Positions 48,876 to 60,935 of a stretch of 64,000 nucleotides of DNA are shown piece by piece. The first letter of the stretch is position 1. Every line of letters starts with the position of its first letter. Source of the DNA: Camelus dromedarius (lineage: Eukaryota); the NCBI RefSeq assembly GCF_036321535.1, contig NC_087437.1:42100001-42164000 (forward strand). The letters are read 5' to 3'. The translations under genes and the position numbers were made by a program. Below the pieces are notes generated by a model. It did no database searches, was not told the DNA's origin, and saw only the letters and a program-made list of their open reading frames with translations.

Positions 48876-51010
48876 GTGAGTACCAGCTCGCGCACCGCCG
48901 TCTCGGCAGTTCCGGTTCTCCCCTCCTATGACTCCTCTGCCACATCGATCCAACCTTGACGACCATTAAGGAAGTGTCTGTGAAATCTCATTTCGGAAGG
49001 TCAATTGTTTTGATTTCATGTAGACCCAGCCTTGGAAATTCCGTTCATTTGTCCTCCTATCATTCTCTTAAGATAGAGTTCAAGGTTAATAAGAACATCA
49101 CCTGTTAGATGCTTTTGGTGTTTTTTAAAATAATTTCCTTCTTGTCGGCTGTATTAATCAGGTATGGGAAATTAGTAGTACATAATATTCCTTTACCATG
49201 TTGTCTAAATTACCCAGCAGTGTCTTAGGTCAGTTTTTAAAACTGGATTGTGAGTAGAGGCTAGGGAGGCTAGCTTATTGGTTTTTATTTCAACTGAACA
49301 CTGTAGAGATGTCTGGCCCTTTCTGCTACTCCATTTGGAGCTGTTGAGCTGGGCTATTAGAGATTGAAAGAGTGTGTATGTATTATATCCACAAAGGTAA
49401 TTGGTTTTGGGTTTTTTTCATTGCAGAGTGATATGGATTTGAGGAAATTCATAATAAAAATGAAGTGACCCAGAAACTCTAAGGGCTTTCTGGTGTGTCA
49501 AAGATGTTTCTATAAAACAAGGTAGAAGGGTATGGGTAGAGCAGACAGCCTCTAGGGCCCCATGAAGTGCCAGTGATATGTATAGATAGTCCATGCCAAT
49601 AAACAGATGTCATTAATTGATGAGATTTTTACAAGTAAGAAGGCCCAACTGGTGACAGGAAGTTGACAATGACTCTTCTAGTTCTCAGTGGTCCTGTTCA
49701 TACCTTTCAGAAGTGAAGTGTGTTTGTCTTTAGTCTATTTAATGTTAGGCACAGCTGACTTTGAAAACATTTGATTTGAGGTAGGATCCTTGAATAGGAA
49801 CTGGATTTCTTCTAATTCCTTGTTAGGAAAGAATTTCAGATACAGCACAAGTATTTAAATTAAAAAAAAAAAAAAAAGCCAAACACTAGACAATGAAACT
49901 GTATTGGTGAGAAGATAAGAAAGCCTAGGCACCCAAACTTTAACAAGTAAAAAGAGGGTGGATGGTGATGATCACTGTTGCTGGAGAAACCGTTTTCCTG
50001 TCGTTCTTGTACTTTTCTTCCATCAACTTTTCAGAGGATTTCTGCCATAATAAATGTGCAACTGGACTAATTTGGGTTTTGCTTTCTCTCCCCTTTCACT
50101 AACTTATCATATAAAGAAACTATCTTCAGCCTTGTTTTAAAATTGTGTTATATTGGAAGCTAACCATATATTTGACTTGTGGTCACCTTCTACAGTCCAT
50201 TTTAAAGAGCTTCTCCCCCATCCCCACCCCCAGAATATTTGCAAGTTGTACTAGAAAAGGAGAGGGTTTTTTCTTAATCTTTTTTTCCCATTTTGAAAAA
50301 CACAGTCACATACTTCATTAGCCTAAAAATTGCTTTACTCTTTGCCGCAACTCTTTACAGTATCACACATTCCACTATTAACATGGTGGTTATGGCTCTC
50401 TCAGAATGTTTTAAATCTCTAGTGATGATTAGGTCTGTGTAGTGTGGTTACTGATGGTGATAGAATGAGACACGGAAGGCAGTGTAGATCTTCAGATAGT
50501 TGAAATGGTGGAACATACATGCCGGGGAAACATTACCAGGAGCATTGGTTTTCAAGATGGAAATACCAATAACTAGAAGAAATACTCAAAATTTGATAAC
50601 CGGCAATTCCAAATAAATTTTTATGCATTAAAAATTAAACTGCAGTGTATATCTGACTTAGTTTTCTTTGATTCCCTCTAAGAAATTAAAGCAGAATGCT
50701 ATGGTATATTAGAAGTCAGCATTTTTTGGTTTCTTTTGTCACAGCAAAAATGGTAAACCAACTTTCTAATCCTTTTGAATTACATATATTTTTAATATAT
50801 TTCATTATGTATTTTATAGAAATATATATGTAAAATAGATATTTACCACTCAGGGAATGTATGTGGAAGAAAGTCTACATGTTCAGTTGAAATTGAACGC
50901 AATTAGGTAATAATTTTAATCAGTTGTATTGATAATGGCATTAGCTTAGCCCTTGTTTGGTTATAAGCTTGTGTTGTATGCGCGCCTGCACGCATACACA
51001 CAACGAACGT

Positions 51011-51012
<2 letters not shown>

Positions 51013-51036
<24 letters not shown>
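51013..51036. repeat. (AC)n microsatellite just upstream of the exon N acceptor
   Basis: Seen directly. Confidence 0.95.
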
Positions 51037-51041
<5 letters not shown>

Positions 51042-51063
51042 AACATGTGTTTTTCTTTTTCAG

Positions 51064-51177
51064 TATGGTCCATATTCTGACGTCTCAGAAATTACCACTG
51101 CTGCAGGGCCTCCTGGACAATGCAAAGCACCTTGTATCTCTTTTACACCTGATGGATGTGTCTTAGTGAGTTGGGAG
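51064..51177 (+). CDS. FNDC3B: FNDC3B exon N (114 nt): YGPYSDVSEITTAAGPPGQCKAPCISFTPDGCVLVSWE
   Basis: tttttcag acceptor; GAG|gtaagt donor; within ORF 50953..51186. Confidence 0.97.
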
Positions 51178-51367
51178 GTAAGTTAGGCACAAGTTTTGCA
51201 TCAGTTTGTTTCTTCTTCATTATTTGCTCCCAATGCAAGTTATGAGGAAGCTACAAAGCTAGAATTCACATATAGGTGATTTTTACACAGTAATCTGCCT
51301 TCAAACTTGCCAAGAGTTGTGGAAATTTTACCACCTGTCAGAATTCAAATGAAATTGAGTATTTTTA

Positions 51368-51478
51368 CTTTTTAATTTTTTTTTATTTTTTATTTTATTT
51401 TATGTATTTATTTATTTATTTTTGGTGAGGGGAGGGGATGAGGTTATTTATTTACTTATTTGAATGGAGGTGCTGGGT
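51368..51478 (-). mobile_element. 5'-truncated vic-1-like SINE (3' end and A-rich tail)
   Basis: Reverse reads cccagcacctccattcaaataagtaaataaataacc... then (aaat)n; degenerate TSD ttgagtattttt / ttaagtatcttt. Confidence 0.6.
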
Positions 51479-51623
51479 TAAGTATCTTTTTCATGCATCT
51501 CTTTTGCATGTATCTGGAGTATCCTGTGGCATGTTGCTCTCTTTCCCAGTTCAGTTAGTAGAACACAAACTTCATAGGATTTTCTTGTTGGTGAATTTTA
51601 CCAGTTAAATTTCTGTTTTCCAG

Positions 51624-51773
51624 AGTCCTGAAAGCTCTGGTGCTGACATTTCAGAGTACAGGTTGGAATGGGGAGAAGATGAAGAATCCTTAGAACTCAT
51701 TTATCATGGGACAGACACCGGCTTTGAAATGAGGGATCTATTGCCTGCTGCACAGTATTGCTGTAGACTACAG
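51624..51773 (+). CDS. FNDC3B: FNDC3B exon O (150 nt): SPESSGADISEYRLEWGEDEESLELIYHGTDTGFEMRDLLPAAQYCCRLQ
   Basis: ttttccag acceptor; CAG|gtaggc donor; translated by hand; phase 0/0. Confidence 0.97.
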
Positions 51774-53234
51774 GTAGGCTGACACTATTCAGACGTTAGT
51801 CACAAACACTGGTGTTCTATGTAAGACTCTTGGGAAACTTACTAAAAGGCTTGTGATAGAGGCCATCAGGAGGGGTGATATGGAAAAGAGAGTCCTTTTA
51901 AGTAAAAATAATTATAATTGTTTTGGTATTTTACAGTTAATTTTTGCATCTCTCGGAGGTCTTGAAATGTCAGAACAAAGCCAGATTCTTCTCCACTGTA
52001 CTTCTCGCCATTCTTATGTCTTGCTGGTCGGTCAGTTCTCCAGGACTGAGTCCAAGGCAAAGGTGGCACAGCTCCTAAGGGAAGATACCTTCTGTCTGAA
52101 TTTCCTGAGATGCACATTTCAGTGGGAAAGCCACTCAGACAAAAGGCAAAAAAGAAGAGTTCTGCAGATTTAAATACATAAAGAAGCAAAGATGCCAGAT
52201 TTAGGTTTCCACCAGATTTAAGTCCATGTACGCTCAATGTCTCTGGCCTCTTTGGAGAAAATATTCCTTTCATAAGTTAATTTTCCAGATCAACTGAACC
52301 TTTTCTGTTAAATTCTGAAGTCTGTTCGTAAACAGTTCTGGCTAAACTCTTCCATTATACACACCTTCTTTCCTTCTCGAATGAAGGGTCTGGGATGTAA
52401 TCAACCCTTTGTCAGTGAGTCAGGGTCACAGCACATTATCTGAGCTTTATAATAGCAATGCTGAGTCATTGGGAAAATGTTAAATTCTGTGCTACACTCC
52501 TGTTTTTGGAACAAGGAAGGATATAAATAAAAACTGTCTGCTATCACAGGAAAGAACTTCAGTCTGCTTTTCAAGTTTTGGTCTCTCTTTAAAATGTTCT
52601 GCTTCCTTTTTTTTCCTTTCGAGGTATATGTTGTCACTTAGCATTAACGTCCCAAAATTGCATTTTAAAAGATAAAGATACATTAGTAAGAATAGAGCCC
52701 GCATAGTAATCTTGCCTCCATGTTCTGACAGTCAGAAATAGTAAATATCTTCACATGTCTGTACTTCTTTGTCATAAAATGAGTCAGATCCTGTGGAGGG
52801 GATAGTACGTTCAAGACTGCCATTGTAATGCTACAGAATTGCCAGGAAAAGGGTCTCCTCAGCTTATATTGATTTCTTGATAACTTATGGACCAAATATG
52901 AGTTATTTTCATTTGACATTACCACAAAGCCAGGTTGACGCTGAATATTCTTTTGAATATTTGGTGCCTTAAAAATTAAACCACTGTCATACCTCTACTG
53001 TGTTTTATAAAAGTTGAGTGGAACATTTCTTGTTTTGCTCAGGAATGTTGAATTTTTATATCCATCCTTAGGAACATTTTAAGCAACAAGTACCCAATAA
53101 TTCTTTTCACATGAGACATATTATATATTATAGGCATACTCTTAAATTTAGTAAGATTCTTTTGAATTCCTTTAAAAAGTGGTAATACTAAGTGGTATTA
53201 ATCAAGAAAGCATTTTCCATAGAATGAAGCTACT

Positions 53235-53490
53235 AAAAGAAAGCTGAGTCCTGGGTGGGATCCTGGAATAGAAACAGAACATTATTGGAGAAACTGGTAA
53301 GATTTGAATCAAGTCTATACGTAGTTAATACCACTGTACCAGTGTGAATCTCCTGGTTTTGATCATTGTTTTACAGTTAGGTATTAGGGAAAGCAAGGTG
53401 AGAGGTACATGGGAAAGATACATGGAAATTTCTCTGCACTATTTTTACAACTTTTCTGTAAGTCTAAAATTAGCTTGAAATGAAGTGGGT
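53235..53490 (+). mobile_element. Old L1 (L1MC4/L1ME-type) 3' end
   Basis: ggatcctggaatagaaa...aaactggtaagatttgaat...tctctgcactatttttacaacttttctgtaagtctaaaatt. Confidence 0.8.
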
Positions 53491-53689
53491 TTTATTGTTT
53501 GGTTTTGGCTTTTTTGTTTGTTTTTTTTAGGGTGTTTTTCTTTCTTTTTTTTTTTTTTCTTTTTTTTCTTTTTTTGATTTTTTGTTTTTGTTAAATAGGA
53601 AAATTGTTATTGCTTTGTTGTTCTTGGAAAGGAGAGAAGTGAAGCCCTGACAGTTGGCCTGACACTCTGCCAGGATTTTACATGTTAAC

Positions 53690-53830
53690 AAATTTAATCT
53701 TTACGATAACTATGAATTAAGTATTACTATCCCCATTTTCCATTTGGGGAAACAGACTCAAATGTTAATTTGCCTAAGATCACACAGATAGTAAATAATA
53801 GAATCACGATATGAACAAAGCTGCAACTCT
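53690..53830 (-). mobile_element. MIR SINE
   Basis: tattactatccccattttccatttggggaaacagactca...ttgcctaagatcacacagatagtaa. Confidence 0.75.
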
Positions 53831-54284
53831 TAAAAGGCATGGTCCTTTCCTTCTGTTGCATGGTGATTAAAGCCTCAGTTGATGTGAAAGTTGGGTTCCA
53901 CAGTATCTTATTTTTCTGCCCCTGTGATAAATACGTATCCAAAAATAAAGTCTCTAAGTATATACTCTTAAAGTAATTCGTGATGTTAAAATTTTACCAA
54001 AAAGAGAGTTCCTGTTGTCATGAAATAGGACTAGATGTGAAAAAATATTACAGTAGGGTATAAAAAGTGATTTGATAGCAAATGAATACTCTTGCTTCTT
54101 TGAAATAAACAATAATACACAGGCATTTTAAGTTTTCTTTTGAACCTTTGACTTAAGAGCTCAGACTACTTTCCTTTAGTTTTATAATTTGTCCTCATAA
54201 GCTCTCCTATGAAGTAAACTAAATTTTAGAGTACAGTTTTTATAAGGAGGTTGCCAAATGTTTTATAAGGAAAAAAAATACTGT

Positions 54285-55480
54285 AATAGCATTTATTGAG
54301 TGCATACTCTGTATCAGGTACTGTTCTAGTTGCCAGAGCTACAGCAGTGAACCCAGCAGACAGCCTTGACCTTATAGAACTTACGTTCTTATCAAGGCAG
54401 TAATTAAACGAAGTATATACTATGTTGGTCTATGGTGGTAAATGCTATGATGGGAAAAAAGGCAAAGAAGGGAAATAGGAAATGAGATGGGTCACAGGGA
54501 TTTGGGTAGGGCGACTGCAAGTTTAAATGTGTTCAGAGAAGTCTCCCTGAAAAGGCAGTGCTTGAGAGGAGGCCTGGAGGAGATGATTGGATGGGCTGTG
54601 CAGATGTCTGGAGAAAAGCTTTGTGCACAGAAGGGGCAGCAAGTTGCAAAGGCCCTGAGGTGAGGGCAAACTTGGTGTCCCTGTGGAACATCAAGGAAGA
54701 AGTGTGGCTGGAGCAGAGGGAGTGAGGGGCAGAGTAGTAGATGATGAAGGCAGAGATGAAGGAGGGTAGTTGTACAAGATTAGTCTTTCAAAGTTTATTC
54801 TGTATGTAATGGGAGGTCATTGACGGGACTTGAACAGTGAATACAGTCTGAGGGGCGAGGGCTGACAGAAATTCCAGCTAGAGGGTCATTACAATAACCA
54901 GATGAGAGAATATAGTTGTCTAGGGTGGTAAAGGATGTGCTGATGGCTTGGGTAGGGGTATGAGAGGAAGAAAGATGTCCAGCAATGACTTGGAGATAGG
55001 ACTTGAGCAGCCTGAAGGATGGGGAAAACCACTGGAGGTGCGGTGGGGTTTTGGGGTGAGCAGGGATGGGGTGGAGACTTGGAGCTGTGCGGACACTTGA
55101 GTTGGAGATGCCTATTTGACATTCAAGTGGAGATACTCAAAAAGCAGTTGAATACACTAACCTGGCATTCAGGGCAGAGGTCTGAGCTACACAGATAAAT
55201 TTGGGAGTAGGATACAAATGACATTTACCCCGAGACAAGATGAGATGTCCAAGAGTTTAAGCAGAAATAGCGTGCACGCCTGAGGCCTGGTGCCCTCCAG
55301 GGTTAAGAGATCCCAGTAATGAGTAGCAACCAGCAGAGGTGATTGAGAAGCAGCAGCAGGTAAGTAGAAACAAGAGGACAGGTCCCAGACACCAAGTGAG
55401 TAAATACTCGAAAGCAGTGAGTGATCAGGTGTCAGCTGTGGCGCTCAAGTAAAGTCAGGTGAGGGCTGAGAACTGACTTC
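54285..55480 (-). mobile_element. L2 LINE, about 1.2-kb 3' fragment
   Basis: catttattgagtgcatactctgtatcaggtactgttctag (L2 3' end reversed); caaaggccctgaggt; gagatgcctatttgacattcaagtggagat. Confidence 0.88.
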
Positions 55481-55995
55481 AGATATGAGTTTAGCACTCA
55501 CATGGAAAATAGTAGATATCGTTTCTAAAACTCCTGTAGCTCTTACGGGGCAGCGCTTGAGTTAGAAGTCATATTACGGAATTTCAGTCCCAGCTTGGTG
55601 TCTAAATCCAAGGCCTGAGTTATTTAACCTGACTTTGAGTTCCCTCCTTTGTGAAAGGCAGATAAGAATACTTGCCGTTTACTACCGACTTCAGACAATT
55701 ATTGAGAAGATTGCATAAGACAATACATAAACTGAAGTGGGCTGTGCAAAATATAAAACGTATTTTTAAATAATTTTTCTTAAGAGATGATGATGGCAAT
55801 GTTATTAGCAGAAAAGATGTGATTTTGGAAAGTGTTTATTAGATTAAAGTGAACATTGTAGAGGATTTATTTCTACCTACGTTTCTGGCAGTAATCATGT
55901 ATTACGTTAGATTTATTTACCGGCACCTAATGTGGAGGCGTTTAGAATGTACTCATGTGGTAATACGGACTTTGTCTCGCTGTTCTGTTTTTCAG

Positions 55996-56276
55996 GCTGT
56001 TAATCAAGCCGGAGCAGGACCGTACAGTGAGCTTGTCCTTTGCCAGACGCCAGCAACGGCCCCTGACCCTGTCTCCACTCTATGTGTCCTGGAGGAGGAG
56101 ACCCTCAATGCCTATCCTGATTCGCCTTCTGTGTGCCTTGTACTGAACTGGGAAGAGCCGTGCAATAATGGATCTGAAATCCTTGCTTACAATATCGATC
56201 TTGGAGACACTAGCATCACCGTGGGCAATACCACCACCCATGTTATAAAAGATCTCCTTCCAGAAACCACCTACCG
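55996..56276 (+). CDS. FNDC3B: FNDC3B exon P (281 nt, last exon found in window): AVNQAGAGPYSELVLCQTP...KDLLPETTY(R)
   Basis: tttttcag acceptor; CG|gtaagt donor; within ORF 55849..56280; gene continues beyond the window. Confidence 0.97.
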
Positions 56277-56456
56277 GTAAGTGCAGAAAGGTAGAAATCA
56301 AAGCTGCATCGACACCTCAGCACTTGAGGCCAGAGACCCTTCAGGTCCTAAAGGCCAAAAGGGTGCAATCCAGTCATTCTTAATATATTTCAGAATACTA
56401 AAGGCAAATACAGCTTAAAAACTTGTACTGCTTTTTACTTAAAGAATTGGTTACAA

Positions 56457-56543
56457 GAGGAGGGGAGGGTATAGCTCAGTGGTAGAGTGAGCACTTAGTA
56501 TGCACGAGGTCCTGGGTTCAATTCCCGGGGCCTCCATTAAAAT
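56457..56543 (+). mobile_element. tRNA-Ala-derived SINE, vic-1-like (camelid)
   Basis: ggggagggtatagctcagtggtagag (A box)...gggttcaattccc (B box)...cctccattaaaat; TSD aaagaattggttacaa (56441) / aaagagtcggttacaa (56544) at a TT|AAAG site. Confidence 0.88.
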
Positions 56544-57124
56544 AAAGAGTCGGTTACAAATTGATATAATTCCTACCCCTTGAAGGGGCATTTCACTTAT
56601 CATTTTAAATCAGTTCCTCCCTCATGGTCTTTTGATAAACTACTTTTGTTGGTATTTTTACTGTGACTCATTGCCCTGTGAACACCTTCTGTTCCCACCG
56701 TGGACTTACCCACATCTGAAGCAGGCTCTGCCATTCTTCTGAATCTCCAAAGCAGACACCGTATTACAAAGCATTTGTGATGTAGCTTTTACTTGACATT
56801 TTACAAGGGAGGAGAGGAAAGAAGTTACATCAGACTCCACCCAGCCAAACTCAGTTACCACCTGCATTCTTCCTTTCCCCCAGAGTTCCCATCTCGGAGC
56901 CAGCCGCCTCTCCTTCCTCTTCTCATACTCCTTTTTCTCAACATGGCCTCTTAAGATTTCAAGTCACTTAGCTCTGTCCCCAAGATGCCATAGCTTGGGG
57001 ACAAAAACAAGAACAAAAAGTTTATGAGTAGTGTTGGACAAGTACAGGAACTTTCTGGTTACTCCGGTGTGCCCTACCAGGGTGTCTCCCTTTGTCAGAT
57101 TAAATGGCTTCTCAAGGAGGGGAA

Positions 57125-57300
57125 GTAGAGCATGGATTCAGGCACAGGTCCTTAGCTATGTCTTTAGGCAAGTTACCTAAGTTCTCTGGGTCTCAGCTTC
57201 TTCCACAAAATGAGGAGAACAGTATTACTTACCTCATAAGCATGTTGTAAGTAGTAAATAAATGAATATTAAATGTTGAATCTGGAAGTACATAGCAAAT
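57125..57300 (+). mobile_element. MIR SINE
   Basis: ttagctatgtctttaggcaagttacctaagttctctgggtctcagcttc...aaaatgagga...acctcataag. Confidence 0.75.
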
Positions 57301-59944
57301 GCACAGTAATTCTCCTCCTCCTCAAGATCGTCAGCCAGGAAAACTGGTTCTTGGGGTAGAGGGGGAATGAAGGGCAGGCAGGTAAACTTGCTGCTGAAAG
57401 GGGTCTTATCATTTTACTTATCTTTTTTCTGCATGTTTTCTAATGTTGTAGTCTGATAGACTACCCTTTTAATCCTCAGAAGCTGAAGAAAGAAATCAGC
57501 TAAGCAGCCGGAAGATACAAAAGTTCCATCCTGCCTTAACATACTATCTCTGCTCTTTCTCTCTCCTACCATATATTTTATGAATAATTCATATAAATGT
57601 ATTCATTTTGCTTTTCAAAACAGTGACAGTTACTTGTTTACTCTTTCCTTCTTTTAAGAAAACCCTTTTGGGCACAATCTTGTGTGCCGTGGGTCTGTAA
57701 AATAGTGATGTACACTATCCTTGCCCTCAGAGCAGTCAGAGTTGGGGAACACTTAAACAGCAACGTAAGACAGTAGGTGATGGTGGTATCACAGGCTGCA
57801 GATAACCCTATACAGAGCCCTGTTGGTGTTTCAGAGAGGAAGACCCAGGGTTGAGAATGGTCAAGGTGGTTTGCAGTGGGACTCGAGATAGAAACTAAAT
57901 AAAGGAGGTGTAACTTACATGGATAACGAGGCAGGCCAAGGGCGTCTTTTCACTTCTAGCTGGTCTCAGAAAACCAGTCTCTTCTTTCATTTGCTGACCA
58001 AGTGCTAAGTGTCCAGAGCACTGTAATCAAGTGCTGAGGAAATCCAGAGGTGACTAAACCCAGGCCTTGGCCTCAGAGACTTTCCCTAGTGATGATGCGC
58101 TAAGGAGACCTGACCTGACAAGAAGATAACAGGTATATCTCTGGGGGAAAATGACCAAGTTAGTGTCAGTCCCTAGCTGCTTCTGAGAGACCACATGTCC
58201 GGAATATTGCCTGACTTGGATCCCTCAGGCTAGAAAACCAGTTACGAGGCCACTGGTTCAGGGCTCACCAAAAGATTTAGTGTCCAGTGTGATCCACACC
58301 CATGTCTGCACCACAGTGGACTCAAATCCTCAAGTCAGTCCTTTGAGCACTCGGGTCAGAAATCATAAAAGGGCTTTTAGGGTAAGATGTTAGCCCAAGA
58401 ATTTTGCTTCTTCCTGACACATGTACCTTAAAGGTGGCTTAAATGATTATAAAGGTTTAAGGTCTGTGGAAGGTGGATGTGGGAGGAATGCTGTTTATTA
58501 GTCAGCGTACAGTCAAATGGCTGCAGGAAAGGAATCTAGAACGCAAAGGCTCAGGTGAGGGAACGGAAGAAGGGGGTCCTTGCTCAACGATGAAATGCCA
58601 GTTGCAGTGGAAATTATCAAGAATATCTTCCACATAAGTGGTTGATTTAAAGACATGTTTAAAAGTACCTCAGAGGATAATTCTGTTACGGAGATGAAGT
58701 GGTTTAGTGATGTAGCAACTATAGAATAATGAAGTTAGACTTGGATAGTGAAACCTCAAGAATCTATTTTGAAAGCATTCAATGGTGCAGCATAAGTAAT
58801 TCAAGTCAGTGTTAATATGCAGTGTGTTCATGTGCTGATGTATTGAGCCGGGTGTGGAGAGCCACCTTGGGAGGATATCACCTCTTAACCTAACAGGGTA
58901 GCTCGGAAGACACCATTGTAGACGGACTGCATGGAATATGTACAGCTTTAGAAATGACAGAGCTTGGCCCTGAGTCAGCTTGTGTGTTCTTGGCCATTTT
59001 AGTCAGAGTCTTTGCTGGCTGATTAATAAATAAATTGGATGTTTCATATTTAATATATTAAAATTAATATCCCTGTGTAAAATCATCCTTTGTCCAACTT
59101 AAGGAATCTTGTTTCTGGAGCACCCAGTTGGATACTCTATAGTAGAACTCTGGTCAACCTATTCACGTTCTTTTATGTTTCAGAAACACAATTGCAGTAA
59201 TTGTAGTGAAATACAAAATGAGTATTTCAAGGAACTGAGGGTATAATTTTGGTCCAATCAACTTTTACCTCACCTTTTTGTGTCCCATAAATTGGTTAAA
59301 ATATAAGTGAACAGATCATGATGTTCTAGATAAAAATGTGGAATAAACATTTTAAGCAGACTATGGGGCTTGGATAAAAAAGGACTTGTTTCTTTTGTTT
59401 GTATTTTTAAACCTTCAGCAGTTACACATTGTTCTCACACTGAATTCATTCTTTCTCTGTCTTGCTGGGACAGAAATGTGCACCTCTCTAGCACACCTGC
59501 TGACACAAAAATGGGTCCTTCCCTTCTTTCTCCAGCAGTGCTTGCCAAACCACGCACAGCTTACTGACACCCTGTATAGAATTTGGTTGGAATTACAGTG
59601 CTATTTTTAAAGCATTACTTTTAAGCTTAGAACTGAGTTTAAAATTGAGTTTGTGCTTTGGTTTGAGGAGGGGAAAAAAAAAAAACAGAGACGTAACTTT
59701 CCTTTTTGCATGCTTCCAGCCACACAGAGCCCCCCAAAAAGCCTGTTTGTGAGCTGAGAGCGTCAAGATTGCCTGGTGTCATCCCTTCCCAGTGCCCTGA
59801 TGTGGGCATCTCCAGTGATGTAGCAGTAGTTTCAGTTCCTGCTCACCAGCCAGTCCATTCCATTTGTGTACGACTCTGCTTCTAAAGAGTTTCCCTTATT
59901 TTGGCTAAAAATTTACTCAATTGATCCTGGAGCTTCCTCTAGAG

Positions 59945-60132
59945 CAGTGATTACCAAAGTGTGGTTCCTGGACCAGCAGCAGCACGACCACCCAGAAACT
60001 TGTTAAAATGCAATTTATCAGGCCCTCTTGGAGACCTACTGAGTCCGCAGCTCTAGGGGTGGGGCCTGACACTCTGTGCTTTAAGTAGCCCTGCAGAAGA
60101 TTTTGATGTATGTTAGAGTTTGAGAACCTCTG
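59945..60132 (+). mobile_element. MER5A (hAT-Charlie MITE), near full length
   Basis: cagtgattaccaaagtgtggttcctggaccagcagca...agtttgagaacctctg; 8-bp flanks ctctagag / ccctagag. Confidence 0.9.
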
Positions 60133-60140
60133 CCCTAGAG

Positions 60141-60215
60141 CAGTGATTCTTGAATCTGTGCAGGAATCACCTGGAAGCTTTTGCAAAATACAGAAGTTTG
60201 AGCCCTACTCCTGGG
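60141..60215. mobile_element. Second, partial MER5-family element abutting the first
   Basis: cagtgattcttgaa...gaatcacctggaagcttttgcaaaatacaga. Confidence 0.65.
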
Positions 60216-60719
60216 GCCTAGACTAAGCCTCATCTTATAATGGCATCTGTTCCCTACTTAGCCATCCTCACTTCATTCACATCTGTCGTCACTGGCATGG
60301 GTTTTCTAAAACCCCCTCCATCCTCATCATCGGGTGATTTCTGTTTCTTGATGGCCTCTTTAATGAGTAGTGCCCTGGTCTGCAGGAATGGTCTGGCTGG
60401 CCGGCTCAGAGCAAGACTGTCACCTTCCTCATTCTCCATATTGAACAGTTAGTGAGGTTGCATAAGATTTTTTTTTTTTTTTTGGCAACCTCATTATACT
60501 AAGCTGGCAGACAACTAAAACTTAAGTAGATTTGCTTGCTATGTTCATTTGTGCTCTTTTTGCTAGGTAAAATGGGATGAAAATAATGTTTGTTTTGAGT
60601 CCTTACTATATGTCACAAGCACTACATTAGCCTGGCAAGTAGTGAATCATAAATCATTTCATCCTAACAGGATGAAGTGGACTTTATAAGGAAGAAAGTT
60701 CTGAGTAGTTCAAAAGTAG

Positions 60720-60935
60720 TGGACCAGAGTCGGACAGCCTTGACATCGATCCTGGGTCCCTCACTCATTGCCTCTGTGACCTCTGGGAAATAATTTAAGC
60801 TCTCTGTGCTTCAGTTTTCTGATCTGTAAAATGGGGATACTTGCTTTAACTACCTAAAGGGTTGTTGTGCGTTTGAGACTTCAGGCACCTTGTGTGGGAC
60901 CTGACACATACCACGTAAGCACTCGATAAATGATC
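60720..60935 (+). mobile_element. MIR SINE
   Basis: tgtgacctctgggaaataatttaagctctctgtgcttcagttttctgatctgtaaaatggggata. Confidence 0.8.

Noticed and set aside
48532..48966. 144-aa antisense ORF over exon M
   Set aside because: Expected side effect of the high GC3 content of the sense exon, which depletes stop codons.
55849..55995. Hydrophobic in-frame N-terminal extension of exon P
   Set aside because: ORF starts at GTG in ordinary intron sequence; no independent support.
56461..56536. Possible tRNA-Ala gene
   Set aside because: Degenerate stems, flanking TSD and A-rich tail indicate a tRNA-derived SINE.
60254..60439. Protein-like minus-strand ORF (MENEEGDSLALSRPARPF...)
   Set aside because: 61 aa with no recognisable homology, poly(A) tail or TSD; a tblastn hit would be needed to revive it.
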